From: Eremomyces bilateralis CBS 781.70
Lineage: Eukaryota
Length of the DNA: 64,000 bases
NCBI GenBank assembly: GCA_010015585.1
Contig: ML975158.1
Strand: one strand, 5' to 3'
Position numbers and translations under genes: made by a program
Shown: piece by piece, positions 12,610 through 23,802 of the stretch
Layout of the letters: each line of letters starts with the position of its first letter
How positions within the stretch are numbered: position 1 is the stretch's first letter
The notes under the pieces: model-generated
Seen by the model: the letters and a program-made list of their open reading frames with translations, nothing else
What the model was told of the DNA's origin: nothing
Databases searched by the model: none

Positions 12610-14704
12610 TCATCCCAGGGCACAGAGGACCCCGATGACGATCAAAAAATAATGCCACCCGCTAACTCCCATCATCTGCCTCCTAGCCGCTCCCGTCGCG
12701 CTCGCACTCTTCGACGCAGCCGCCACAGCCGCCGCACTAACACTTGCCACGATCGACTCTTCCGCCTTCGCAGCCACGCTCGTCGCTGCAATCAGCGCCC
12801 CCACCTCCGTATCGAATGCAAGACACCGCGTCGGCAGCGGCACGGCCGTATCAAACAGCGACACGGCCGTATTGAACTCCGGCAGCTGCCGCACGCCGAT
12901 GCTCGCCCCTAAGGCAAACGCCAGCTCCAGCTCCGACTCGAATGATGGCGCGATATGCGTCATATTTCCCACGATTCCTGCCACGAGATCCGGGATGTTC
13001 GCCGAATCGTTCGCGTCGAGCGTCTGCGTCTGTGTGCCGAGGAGTCGGGGCGCGGCTAGCGGTGCGCAAGAGGCGTCGAAGGCGGCGGTGGAGCGGGAGG
13101 AGAAGGAGGCGTTGAAGGCGGGGAGGTCGAGGCCGAGGGAGAGGACGGCCTTGATGCGGTTTTGGAGGAGCTGGAAGCCGAGGTCGATTTTGGGCTTGAA
13201 GGAGAGTTGGAGGCTGAAGTCGCTGCCGGTGGTAAGGTTGGAGGTGAAGGGGAGGGCGTCGACGGTCACGTCACTTCTGGAGGTGGGTCAGCGGCTGTTC
13301 GGTTCATTCATGCCGGTTTCTGATGCGTGACTTACAATCCGACGCTGGATGAATTGGTCAGATTCGCCAGGTCAATGAAGACCCCGGAGTCATAGGGCGC
13401 CTGGTCAATGTCAACACCAAAGTCTACCAGTAGGCTTGAAGCACCTGCTTACTCTAACGTCAAATCCGAAGGAAAAATTCAGGCTCAGCTCAGTCTCCCA
13501 GCTTACAATTAGCTCGGGGGCCACGGTCAGTCCAGCAACACCCAAACCCGGTATCTTCGTGGACCGTTAGTATGACCATCAAAACCAGAAGAGGCTTGGT
13601 ACGCACGTTAAACCCGAAGACGGGATATTTAAACAGAGTAAAAGGAATCGCTCCATTAGCTCCGATCTCTCCTTGCAGTTCAATATGCGCACCGAACCCA
13701 AGAAGTCGGAGCTCAATCGACCCCGACTCCAGCAACGAAGCGGAATCAGTTTCGTTGTCGGGCAGATCGAAGTTTCCGAGCTCGAACTCTCCCTGCCTAA
13801 GCTCTAGGAGTCCTGTTGTGGTGCAGTCCTTGCATCCGATGGAGACAGGAACATCGGCTAGCCCCACCGGGATCTCGAGATTGGAATCCATTATGGAATT
13901 GGTTAGGTTGACGGTCTGCTGGTTCGAATTGGGTCTTCCGGAAGGCAGAGGTACCGCTATCACGGAGGAGCTGCTAGATGTCGGTAGCGTATTTTGGCGT
14001 CGGCGTAAATCTCTAGTCCTCGTAATGTAGTGAGATGGATTACTTTGGCTGATTGAGATATGGATCGATTGAAACGATTCGGCCCAGTCCGCTTCGGAGA
14101 CATGGAGAGTAGCGGAGTTGGCGTCGCTCATTATATCCAACCCCTCGACCCTATATAGCTTAGCAACGTTTCTTTAGCTCATGCAGTGCGTCAAGACTTA
14201 CCTGTAGATACCCCTTTCTCCATCTTCATTACAGCTATGATGCGCAGTAATGGCGAATGATCCGCGAACGCCTTCCAACACTTCCCGAGCTTGAGAGAGG
14301 ATATCATTTGATCGAAAGGTTAAAATCAGTTGCGAGCTGGTGCAATCGACCCCTGTGAGCAAATGCTCGATCTCTTCGATAGCCAGGACTGGTTTCTCAT
14401 GTTTAACACTAACTGTAGAGATAAATACAGTCTCGCGGGTTGGGTTATCTGTGAAATGTTCGTTATGTCCGAATTTTCACCGGAATTTGCTGGATGGGTT
14501 CATACCTTCACAGTATGAGAGCGTCAGTCTCGCTCCAGCAGTGATCTCTTCATTTCTTCTTAGCAGATCAGATCTCTTCGATGCTGCTCTCAGTGTGACA
14601 GCTGGTATACCGTCCAAGACATCAAGCCTGGCAGTGGAAGCACTTGCTGACACGACTTGCGCCAAAAGGTGTAGTCCGATATATAAATTACTCATAGGCA
14701 ACAT
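12610..14704 (-). CDS. Secreted, probably GPI-anchored cell-surface protein, multi-exon
   Basis: N-terminal signal-like segment; HHSCNEDGERGIYR|VEG exon junction in frame; IGCKDCTTTG motif; Ala/Ser-rich stalk and hydrophobic C-terminus (WHYFLIVIGVLCALG). Confidence 0.75.
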
Positions 14705-16031
14705 TGCAAGTTCATAGACATCCCCTATCGCAGGGAGGATGTACTTCGAATGAGGAACAAGACATGCAAGACAAATTGGAACAAAACCCTTCCATATTAT
14801 GGCTTGGACAATGCAATAACTTATGGGAAATTCAATGGGGGCACAGAGATTGGTCACCCTCGAGTTGGATATCCTGAAGGAGGACCTTTCGAGGGTAACC
14901 TCGCCCCTGCATACAAGGACTGCTAGGTCCTGAAGGCCGAAGTAGATATGCAAGCCAGCTGCACAACTTGACACACTTTCGAGGAAATTATCGTACGCTA
15001 AACTGGAGCAATGATCAAGGACTTGGACTGAATTGTGAGCGAACATTCAGCTTCAAGCCGGAGACCCTGACAGGCCGTCCCATCGTGATGGGTTAGGGCA
15101 AGGATCCTTCACCATCTGAAACACTTCGCCGCAACACGCCATGTTGGAATACGAAAAGCACTCTTTCGCTGAATAAGGCATGATGAGACCCTGGATGAAC
15201 CGGTCTACCGGGAGTGTGTCCCCTATGAAAATCCCATTGCGAAGCGCCTTATAGAACAGGCATGGTGCTTGAACAGCGTGATGCTCATGAAGATGTAAAC
15301 TACGATTGACTTACAGGGGTAGGTGGTTCTCTCCAATACCATATCGCTGAAAGCCGGACGAAAGTAGATATAGCGATACGATGAAATAAACCGTCATCCT
15401 TTGCCATGTAGTTCATATAGCCAACATGACCTCGACCAAACTCAAGGCTGTCGTGAATCGTTCACAGCGTTAACGAGAGGCACTCCACTCTCATGTACCC
15501 CGAATGGTCGTGCCGAGACAACTGCGATTATGCATGCAGAACGATGCAATATATTGCGGCGAGTGACTGCGGGGTGGCGCATTTCATCATTCATAGGAGT
15601 TGAGTTGAGAGAGTAGTACAGTTCAAAGTTTAAGAGGTTCAAAGGAAACCGCGGCGGCAAGCAAGCGAGAAACATTGGCATCCAGCAAAGATAATAAACG
15701 CTTTCCTGTGGTTCGCATAAATCTTGTCGCAGAGTTGATAACACAAGACAACTGGTGCGCGATATTAGACTTTAAGTAACTCGCTTATAGCGTTGAAGTA
15801 TCAGTTGCGGCGACGTCGCAGAATGTTTCGTGGCTATCAAGGAACCGTTCAATCCTCGCTCAAGGCAAATTTCAAGGGCACAATCGATGCGAAATGCAAT
15901 GAAATGAGGAAGGAGACTAATGAAACCTTAATTTGACTCGAAATAGGCCGAATTAAGGACGGAAACTAGGGTATACTGTTTTGACTGCGGACCATTTTAT
16001 AGACAAAAATGCGTAAAAAAACTTTATTGAC

Positions 16032-16125
16032 GGCGACTTGGCCGAGTGGTTATGGCGCTAGTTTCAGGTGACTCAGTTACTTACTAGTTTCGAAAGATTC
16101 CGGGGTTCGAGTCCCCGAGTCGTCA
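16032..16125 (+). tRNA. tRNA-Leu(CAG) with canonical 13-nt intron (16069-16081)
   Basis: Acceptor GGCGACT/AGTCGTC-A, A box TGGCCGAGTGG, anticodon stem CTAGT/ACTAG with loop TT-CAG-G, long variable arm, T arm CGGGG-TTCGAGT-CCCCG, T-run terminator. Confidence 0.92.
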
Positions 16126-16352
16126 TTAATTTTTGCTCTTTTTACCTTCATTGAAGGTTTGATTTTTGCTTGAGGATGATTTCCAGAAATTTACCAAATG
16201 ATGTGATGATTTTTGGGGGTGTTGTGCGCTGCTTCAAATTTGAGGCCAGCACAGTCGCATAGAATGCATGCCTTGCTTTGAAATATTTCAAACCGAAGGA
16301 AATGACATCAAAATATCAACTAGGCATAGCAAACACATAGTTAACTAACTTA

Positions 16353-16378
16353 GTTAACTTAAGTTAACTTAAGTTAAC
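16353..16378. repeat. 26-bp perfect palindrome built from a (GTTAACTTAA)n tandem repeat
   Basis: gttaacttaagttaacttaagttaac equals its own reverse complement. Confidence 0.9.
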
Positions 16379-16599
16379 AGGAGGATAGTAGTACTACGGT
16401 GTAAAGAAACGCTTGATCATCTGTCATTCCTATTATAGGAAATGCCCAATACTCTCTCGACTGTGTACACCAAATAGTCGTGCAAATTGTTGAGGTATCT
16501 CCACATGAATTTGCAAAGAATGATCGATCATGTAGTGTAGACCAAAGTTAAAATTGCCATAAATTTGAAATTGCCGACTACTTCAAGAATATTGCAAAT

Positions 16600-16752
16600 G
16601 GCAAGGTGGCCGAGTGGTTAAGGCGCTGTGTTTAGGCTTTGCAATTAGTCAAAACCGCAGTGGGAAACCGTAAGCCTACCCAATTAAAATCTACTCAAAA
16701 TATCACAACTAACAGCTCCCCTCAGTCGCGAGTTCGAATCTCGTCCTTGTCA
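16600..16752 (+). tRNA. tRNA-Leu(UAG) with canonical 18-nt intron (16637-16654) plus a 56-nt spliceosomal-type intron in the variable arm (16670-16725)
   Basis: Acceptor GGCAAGG/CCTTGTC-A, A box, anticodon stem CTGTG/CGCAG with loop TT-TAG-G, variable arm TGGGAAACC|TC, T arm GCGAG-TTCGAAT-CTCGT, T8 terminator. Confidence 0.88.
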
Positions 16753-17416
16753 ATTTTTTTTCATTTTTCATTTTTCATTTTTCATTTTTCATTTTTTTAT
16801 TTTGAGAAATACTACTTCTTTCTCATGGAGTACTTTGAAGCCAGATTCAGCTTTATAGGATCGGGTTTGGTGGAGTTATGGGCACTGGTGATAGGTATGG
16901 CAGCAGAGGAGGATAACCATACTCCAATAGCCTGAATCTCAGCAAAGACCTACATACACTTCATACTTCATAAATTTAAAATACTGGTCCCATAGAAGCA
17001 AGCATCTAGTGATATTGAGGTAAGGCGAATTTTCTGTCATGAAAGTAAAGCATTGTAATATGCTGGGTGCATGTGCCGTCCTGGACTTAATTTTATCATC
17101 CAAGTCGAAGCAATTCTCTTGCCAAGAACAAGTCCAGCCAATTTCTTTAGCTAGTAAGTTTGCTAGCCATCCCTTAGGGAATCAATGCCTTAATTCATGG
17201 CTTGTCATTCCGGTATGAAGAAGACTAGGTCTAAAACCATACACACTCTTTTGCTGATGGCACAATGTCCATGGCACGCTGACTGAAGTTTTCTCATCGT
17301 TCTCACTATAATTCCATTGCCACTCCTTACTCGATGATCAAGTCTTGTGCCAATCTTCCTCCTTCTTTACCCCATCTCAAACCCTGTATTATTCCCCTCC
17401 TTCGCGGTCTCACCAC

Positions 17417-18142
17417 CTAAAGCACCTTCCGAAGGCAGAACCTCCTCTCCTGATCCGTCCTCCTCCCTACCTTCGGATGCCCCCGCTTCCTGATCCTCAT
17501 CGTCTTGGTCCCTCGCCTCCACTCGAGGATCCGCCCTTGGGGCACCTTGATGAAGCACGTTGGAAGCGTGTCGTACTGCTCCAGGAGGAATTTCAGCTCC
17601 ACAGGTATCTTGTTTGGGTTGATCCCTTCCACCTCGATCCATTTGGGCTGGCCGGGCGGGAACCGGTGGGTGGGGACGAAGTAGCTGGTGGTGTGCTGGG
17701 GTTTGGTGGTGGGCTGGGGGCTCGTGGCCTGCTTGGGGCTTGTAGTCTGCTGGGGAGACAAAGAGTAGTCGGAGGAGTCGACTGGATCAGACCCGGCAGC
17801 AATGGGGGATGATGGAACGTAATCCGAACATTGGAAAGAGATGCAGGGATTGTACGGGATAGTCGACTCGGGGAAAGCTTGAATTGGCCGTTCTGGAAAG
17901 GGCGCATCGAGGGCAGATGATAGAGGTAGGGAAGGTCGAATATCGAGGGAGGAGTCGGGAACCGCTGAATTATTATTAGTTCATGAACTCAAAGTCATTC
18001 GAATGGATACGTACGTGGAAGGTCCAATTCATCGGGGGTGGGGGAATCGCCGGCAAAGGTGGAGCTCACATCTGCGGAATATCAGTCAGTCAATCGTTCA
18101 GGAGGAGTCCATTAATGGTGGACCTATTCGTACTTCGGTCAT
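17417..18142 (-). CDS. Hypothetical Pro/Ser-rich protein, about 3 exons
   Basis: Exons MTEVRI|DVSSTFAGDSPTPDELDLP|PVPDSS... join in frame to ORF 17417-17761 across two GT-AG introns with branch sites; no known domain. Confidence 0.4.
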
Positions 18143-18638
18143 GGTATCTCCATCGAACTTGAGGGGTGTCTGTCCTCACCACTGGCGGCGAGGAACTAGA
18201 GGTATATTCCTCCTCTGGTTGAATGTTAGTTACGAAAATCAGTGCTGGAAGTCGTGAGAGTTATGACATACCCTTAATCGGTGTGACCTTAGATTTCCTT
18301 GGGCGGCCGATCGGCCTTCCAGTTGGCTTTCGACCCATCTTAACTGTAATTACACAGATGCCTTTGAATGGATTCACAACTGACTACAAAATCTTTCACG
18401 CCTTGAATGATGCTAAAAGATAATCGGGAGGATAAGTGGATCACGAGTGATGGTATGGTCGGAAGGTGAAGATTGAAGGATGAGTGAAGGTATAATCCGA
18501 AGGTGAATGTCGAAATGGGGCGGACGGAGAAAGACCTTGGAGTAAGATGAAAAGTGACGGAACAATTCACTTCATGCGAAATAGCACGCGAGTCGATCCG
18601 TGAAATTGATCTAGTGACCATCACATGCCTTGACCTGC

Positions 18639-20045
18639 TCATGTGGATGAATGAAGCAGACTCTGTCTTTCACCTCTCCTATCCATAGGTGATGATGGTC
18701 GTCGAATCGCTATGCTGGGTGCGTTTCTTTGCTGCTGCCATCGTTCCCACCGTACTTTTCCTTTCAAGCCCAGATGCCAGAGAACACCCGCGGCGAACCC
18801 CACGGCATCGTTGCCAAAGGCGAGCATACCCGCGACGGTGGCAAGCATCACATTCCACCGCTCCATCCGCTCAGATCCAGTGTATTCAGCCGCTTTCCGG
18901 GACTCACCCAGTCCTGTACGACCGCTCGCCTGGTCGACCTGCCAGTTATCCGACATCCCCTCGTTCAAGCTCGCGGCGACTTTCGCTAGCTCGATGCCAG
19001 CAACGATGACCATGATTCCGAGGAGGCCTTTCGGGAACGTTTGCAACAAGTCAACCAGGCCCTCGCCCACAAACAAGCCGAGAACAAGCTTTAATAGACC
19101 GAGAACAATGACGCTGGCGCCGGATCGAGCGCCGAATCGATGCTGACCAGCAAGCCCGCCTGAGCCATGACAAGCGGGCATTCCGCCAAAGGGACAGGAT
19201 ATCAAATTGAGGACTGCGATGGAGATGCCGATCTCATGCACACTTGGGGCTGGGATCGAGGGGAGGAGATGGGAGCTCAGATGAGCGGTCGCAATGATGG
19301 AGTTCAGCACCGTCAACGGCAGCTGGGCAAGAGCAGAGTAGAACCCAGTCAACACAGTCTCCTTCTCAAAGCTTGCATGTACATGAGGATGCCAGATATG
19401 AAAACCATAATCGCCGTCCGGAGGAAGGGTGAGATGCAAGAAAGCAATTATGAGGCCGACAATGAATAGAATCAGTGCATATGGGATACGCACCATCATC
19501 GATGATATGATCAGAAAAATGAAAGCTGCAATCACCCAGATTAGGTTGTCGGTCAACGAAGGATGGATCCATCCCAGGGACTTCAGAAGGGACGACCCAG
19601 CTGCGATCACGAGCCGTAGTCCGGCGCCCATTTGAATGCCTTTGACAATCGGAATCGGCACGACTCGAGCAAACCAGGTAAGGAGTCCCGTAATGCTCAG
19701 TAGCCCAACGACAGCCGAGACGATTAGGCCCGAGGCGGTGGTCTCGGCTTTCGAGAAGCGGTTTGATATGGCGATGGCAGCGATCGCCTTCATGGGTTGA
19801 ACGGGTAACGGGACGCCGAATAGGACTCCGGTTGCGATGTTGGCGAGGCCGGTGAAGACGAGGGTCGTGGGGAGAGATATTGAATGATTCATTGTGAGAG
19901 CAGTCATCAGGGGTAGCAAAGTCCCCAAATCTCCTAACGCTCCGGAGAGCTCTCGGAGGGGTTGGGAGCGGAGGGTCTGCCAGTTGTACCGATTGATGGA
20001 GAGAATGTCATGTCGCCGGAACACTGGCTGTCCGTCGGTTTCCAT
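18639..20045 (-). CDS. Molybdate transporter (MOT1 family)
   Basis: ELSGALGDLGTLLP, PLPVQPMKAIAA, FGGMPACHGSGGLAGQHRFGARSG; likely start METDGQ at 20045. Confidence 0.9.
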   Translation of the reverse strand: METDGQPVFRRHDILSINRYNWQTLRSQPLRELSGALGDLGTLLPLMTALTMNHSISLPTTLVFTGLANIATGVLFGVPLPVQPMKAIAAIAISNRFSKAETTASGLIVSAVVGLLSITGLLTWFARVVPIPIVKGIQMGAGLRLVIAAGSSLLKSLGWIHPSLTDNLIWVIAAFIFLIISSMMVRIPYALILFIVGLIIAFLHLTLPPDGDYGFHIWHPHVHASFEKETVLTGFYSALAQLPLTVLNSIIATAHLSSHLLPSIPAPSVHEIGISIAVLNLISCPFGGMPACHGSGGLAGQHRFGARSGASVIVLGLLKLVLGLFVGEGLVDLLQTFPKGLLGIMVIVAGIELAKVAASLNEGMSDNWQVDQASGRTGLGESRKAAEYTGSERMERWNVMLATVAGMLAFGNDAVGFAAGVLWHLGLKGKVRWERWQQQRNAPSIAIRRPSSPMDRRGERQSLLHSST

Positions 20046-20524
20046 CTTTAACGATACTAGGAATAGTTTGTTTATTGAGAGGTCGTTGATTGATATGGCG
20101 GAGATGAAGTTGGATGCGTCCACCGGTAAACGTGGGATTGAAGTGATAAGGTTCCACGCAATGGATGAGCTAACGCAGCTGCCGATCGGCAAGAGGTCTG
20201 GTACCAGAGCACGAGCGCATAAGAGATTTATGAATCAGAGGCCTAATTGACTCCAAAAGTTATTCAAACCAGGATATTTCTAACAATAATTCTCGCATGA
20301 CCACTTTGAATGGCTATTTCTATTGCAGGGTCAATGGTCTCCTATCAAGTCAAGGATTCAGGGGCCGCAAAGCAACCACTATAGCAGTATGATAGTGTAG
20401 AGTGTGATCCATAAAGCGTAAATATGTGCAGGTATAGTACATTGATATTTGTACACGCGCTGTAGATGGGCGAATCTGTTGCATAGAGGAAAACCGATAG
20501 TTTTCTCGATAAACCAGCTTCCGG

Positions 20525-21327
20525 TCAAAGTCGCTCACTGACCCAAATCGCACCGCGACATCCGGCTCTAATCACACCCGTAAGCAGCTCATACGGCTTC
20601 GCTTCCTTCGCATCATGCTCGAGTGCATGGTCTAAATGTTCCAGCTCCTCATCCCGTATTCGTCGGACCGTCGCCAAAAGGTCCTTCATATCCTGCGACG
20701 GTTCTTGCCCTTTGGCTGCCAACTCCTTCTCCCACTCCAAAAGGTTTCGCACCTGATCGTTATAATGTTCGCCTATCTCCGTCTCTACCGCCTCCGTACA
20801 TGCCATGGCTGCTTCCCTTCCCATCATCGCCGTGCTCCAGCCGAGGGCCGTGGCTGCCACGGTCCAGACGGGGTACATGGCCGTTGGTCGGATACGATGT
20901 TTGGTGAGGAGGTGGCTGAAGGTTTTGAAATGTCCAGCTTCTTGATCGTACATATGCTTCATGAGAGATCGAAGATGGGGATGTGCGCGGACTATCGGGG
21001 GTGTTTGGGCGCCATAGATCAGGATCGCGGCTAGTTCACCGGCATGATTGACTCGTAGCTGCATTACATCAGTATCATGGTCAAAAGTAGGAGGTGGATG
21101 TCCTATACTGCGCTGTCTAGAAATTCCTTCTGCTCCTTGCTGAGCTCCGGAGCTGGACTTTGCCTTTCGGGTGACGTTGGCGATGTTGATGAGACATTTG
21201 AGGACAAATACCTAGACCCACCACAATGGGCTAGATATCGATTATATGAACCCCCATGCTGAAGGCCTGTACGCCTATGCAACCCTTCACAACGGGAAAG
21301 GAAACCTTGTGCAGCCGGGCGAGACAT
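20525..21327 (-). CDS. COQ7: 5-demethoxyubiquinone hydroxylase COQ7/CAT5, 2 exons
   Basis: FLDSA|LRVNHAGELAA, EAAMACTEAVETEIGEHYNDQ, IRDEELEHLDH di-iron motifs; presequence-like N-terminus. Confidence 0.95.
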
Positions 21328-21940
21328 CCCGACAGGATAATGGCGAATGGCCTGACAGCCAAAGAAGTCGTGATTTAAGCAATCAACAGGAAATGTTATA
21401 TGCAGTGCAATGGTGAAGCTGTCCGATAATCCATATCAAGGGAACCATCCATTGCTGCCTCCCCCGTTGATCCCATTCAATAAGAACTTGTGAATTCGAA
21501 TGATGACGATAATGATAATGCATCTGGAGACTCAGACTAGTAGGGGATATCCATTCAGCCAATGAGCGTGCAACATAAACCGGCAGAACTTCGGGTATAT
21601 CTTCAGTACTCTAGCGCCGTGCGTCCATCGGACTTCAACTCTAACTTCTTGCGCTTCATAGATCTTGAAGATTGACAGTAATCATACCATAATTTCCACT
21701 GAGCATTTCGACTTCAATATTGGATCCTCATAATTCCCACTATCATCTCATTTCGAATTTCAGAAGAGTGCTTGCGCTCCTTCGACGACGCCGACCGACT
21801 TTAGACCTCCCGGTGGATACGACCTGTCACCGCGACCTGTCATCCTGACTGCTTCTCCTGGCCGTCGAGAGTCCACGGGTACCGACACCTCACGCGATCC
21901 AAAGGACCGTCTTATTAAACAGAAAGCTATATCCATCAAG

Positions 21941-23802
21941 ATGTCGGATGACGATCTGGACGCGCAGCTCCTCGCGCTGGCCGCTGATTCTCCCGACGCG
22001 GAAGGCGAACCCGCTGATGATATTGTGTTACCTCCCGTCATAGAAACCGGAGGTTCTTCTTCACCGCCTCCACAGACCGAACAATTGAAACCATCGGAAT
22101 CACCGAATGGTCAACGAGGTGTGGCGACGAAGAAGGTTCCAACACAGAATAAGGCGGCAAGGCGACAAAGTCAGGCAGAAGACCTGGAGTCGGAAGAAGA
22201 TGGAGAGGCGTAAGTGAATGTAATCCGTGACAGTCAGGCGGCGTAACTGATAAATCCTTTTTTTTTTTTGCAGATCCTCGCCTGCACCATCTCACAACTC
22301 ACTCGGTTCGGGTGATATGATCGAATCTGATTCCGAAGCCATCATCGACGATCTAGACGACGACCTTGAGACAGATAAACTTGTTTTCCCACTTGAAGGT
22401 AAATATCTCCACGAGAAAGACAAAGCCATGATTGAGGGACTCCCGGAAATCGTGCGCGAGCAGATCCTCGCCGAGCGAGCGGCGGAGGTCGATCGGAAGA
22501 CCCAGGACATGCAGCTCCGCCGCCTCCTGCAACGCCGACGCGGCGAAGAAGCTCAACAGGCCGAGAAGAAGAAACGCAAGGCCGCCACCGCGGAATTGGA
22601 AGAGGGTCCTCGTAAGAGCTCCCGAGCGAAGACCAAGGCGAGCGAGTCGCTGGAGAGCTACAAGCGTCAACGCGAACTTCGAAACCAACAACGTCGAACC
22701 GATCAAGACCGTCGCGTCCGAGACCCCTCGCGATCTCGCGAATCTTCCGAACGGGATGCCGATGGCGAAAGTGACGTCGAATGGGACTCGGGTGTTCGAA
22801 CGGTCACCAGTGCACCGCAGCCGGAACTCAAGGATTTCGAGAGGATCCGTGTTGGTCGATCCAACTTTGCCAAAGTGTGTTTCTATCCCGGATTCGATGA
22901 GGCCATCGCCGGTTGCTTCTGTCGCGTCAACGTGGGCCTTGATCCTGTCACCCGCCAGAATGTCTATCGGATGGCTCAGATCAAAGGTATTGTACCCAAA
23001 CCTTGGCTCGGTGACAATCTGCTAACAACTATACAGGATTCTCCACAGGCAAGCCGTACAAGATGGAAGGTCCTACTGGTCCTTTCATGACCGATCAAAT
23101 GGCAATCCTTACCTACGGGAAATCGGACAAGTCGTGGCCCTTCGTGTCTTGCTCCGATTCCAAGTTCACCGAAGTATGACCACTCTAGGACTATGCTCCC
23201 ATCAATTCTAACAATCCCAGGTTGAATACCAACGTTGGCTGCGAGTCTGCGAAGCCGAAGGGGCCAAGATCCCCAAGCTCTCCTACCTTGAAGCGCGTTG
23301 CGACGGCATCCACAAACTCCTCAACCACACCTGGACCGACTCTGAAATCAACGAGAAGATCCGCCGCCAGGACAAATACGACATCAACGAATACGACAAG
23401 TCCGCGCGCAACGGCGCCACTAAAGTCGACCGCCTCGCCGCGATCAACGAACGCAACCGCAAAGCCAACGCCGAGGAAGTCCGCCGCGCTCTCGTCCACC
23501 AACGCAAACGCGAACTCGCCGCTCGCGAAGTCGCCGGCACGAAAGCGAAGGCCAAGGAAGAGGAGCAGAAGGCGTTGCTAGAGAAGGAGCAGCGGGAGAA
23601 GAAGGGGGGGTTGCTGGCGCCCAAGGACGAGCTCTTCGGGGACGGGAGCGATGTTAGCCGCACGGCCACTCCCGCAGCGCGGTCAGGTGCGAGCACGCCG
23701 GCGCCGAAGAAGGAGCGAAAGGGATTACCCGGGTTCGCGAGGGTGAAGATGGACGATGAGATTATCGGGGAGTTGGACTTTGGGATTGATGTGGATATCT
23801 GA
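21941..23802 (+). CDS. RTF1: Paf1 complex subunit RTF1 (Plus3 domain), 4 exons
   Basis: MSDDDLDAQLLALA, FPLEGKY...LPEIVREQILAER, Plus3 (GFDEAIAGCFCRVNVG), INERNRKAN, C-terminal DDEIIGELDFGIDVDI; three canonical introns join in frame. Confidence 0.93.

Noticed and set aside
14200..14230. Suspected frameshift in the GPI-protein gene
   Set aside because: On recount the exon reads EDGERGIYR|VEG in frame
16032..16125. Reading TCA in the anticodon loop as a selenocysteine or opal-suppressor tRNA
   Set aside because: The 5-bp stem CTAGT/ACTAG fixes the loop as TT-CAG-G; D arm and discriminator A fit Leu
16639..16935. 98-aa ORF over the tRNA-Leu(UAG)
   Set aside because: TTG start, runs through the tRNA and a (TTTTCA)n tract; spurious
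20046..20192. N-terminal extension of the molybdate transporter ORF
   Set aside because: Non-ATG start; family similarity begins after METDGQ
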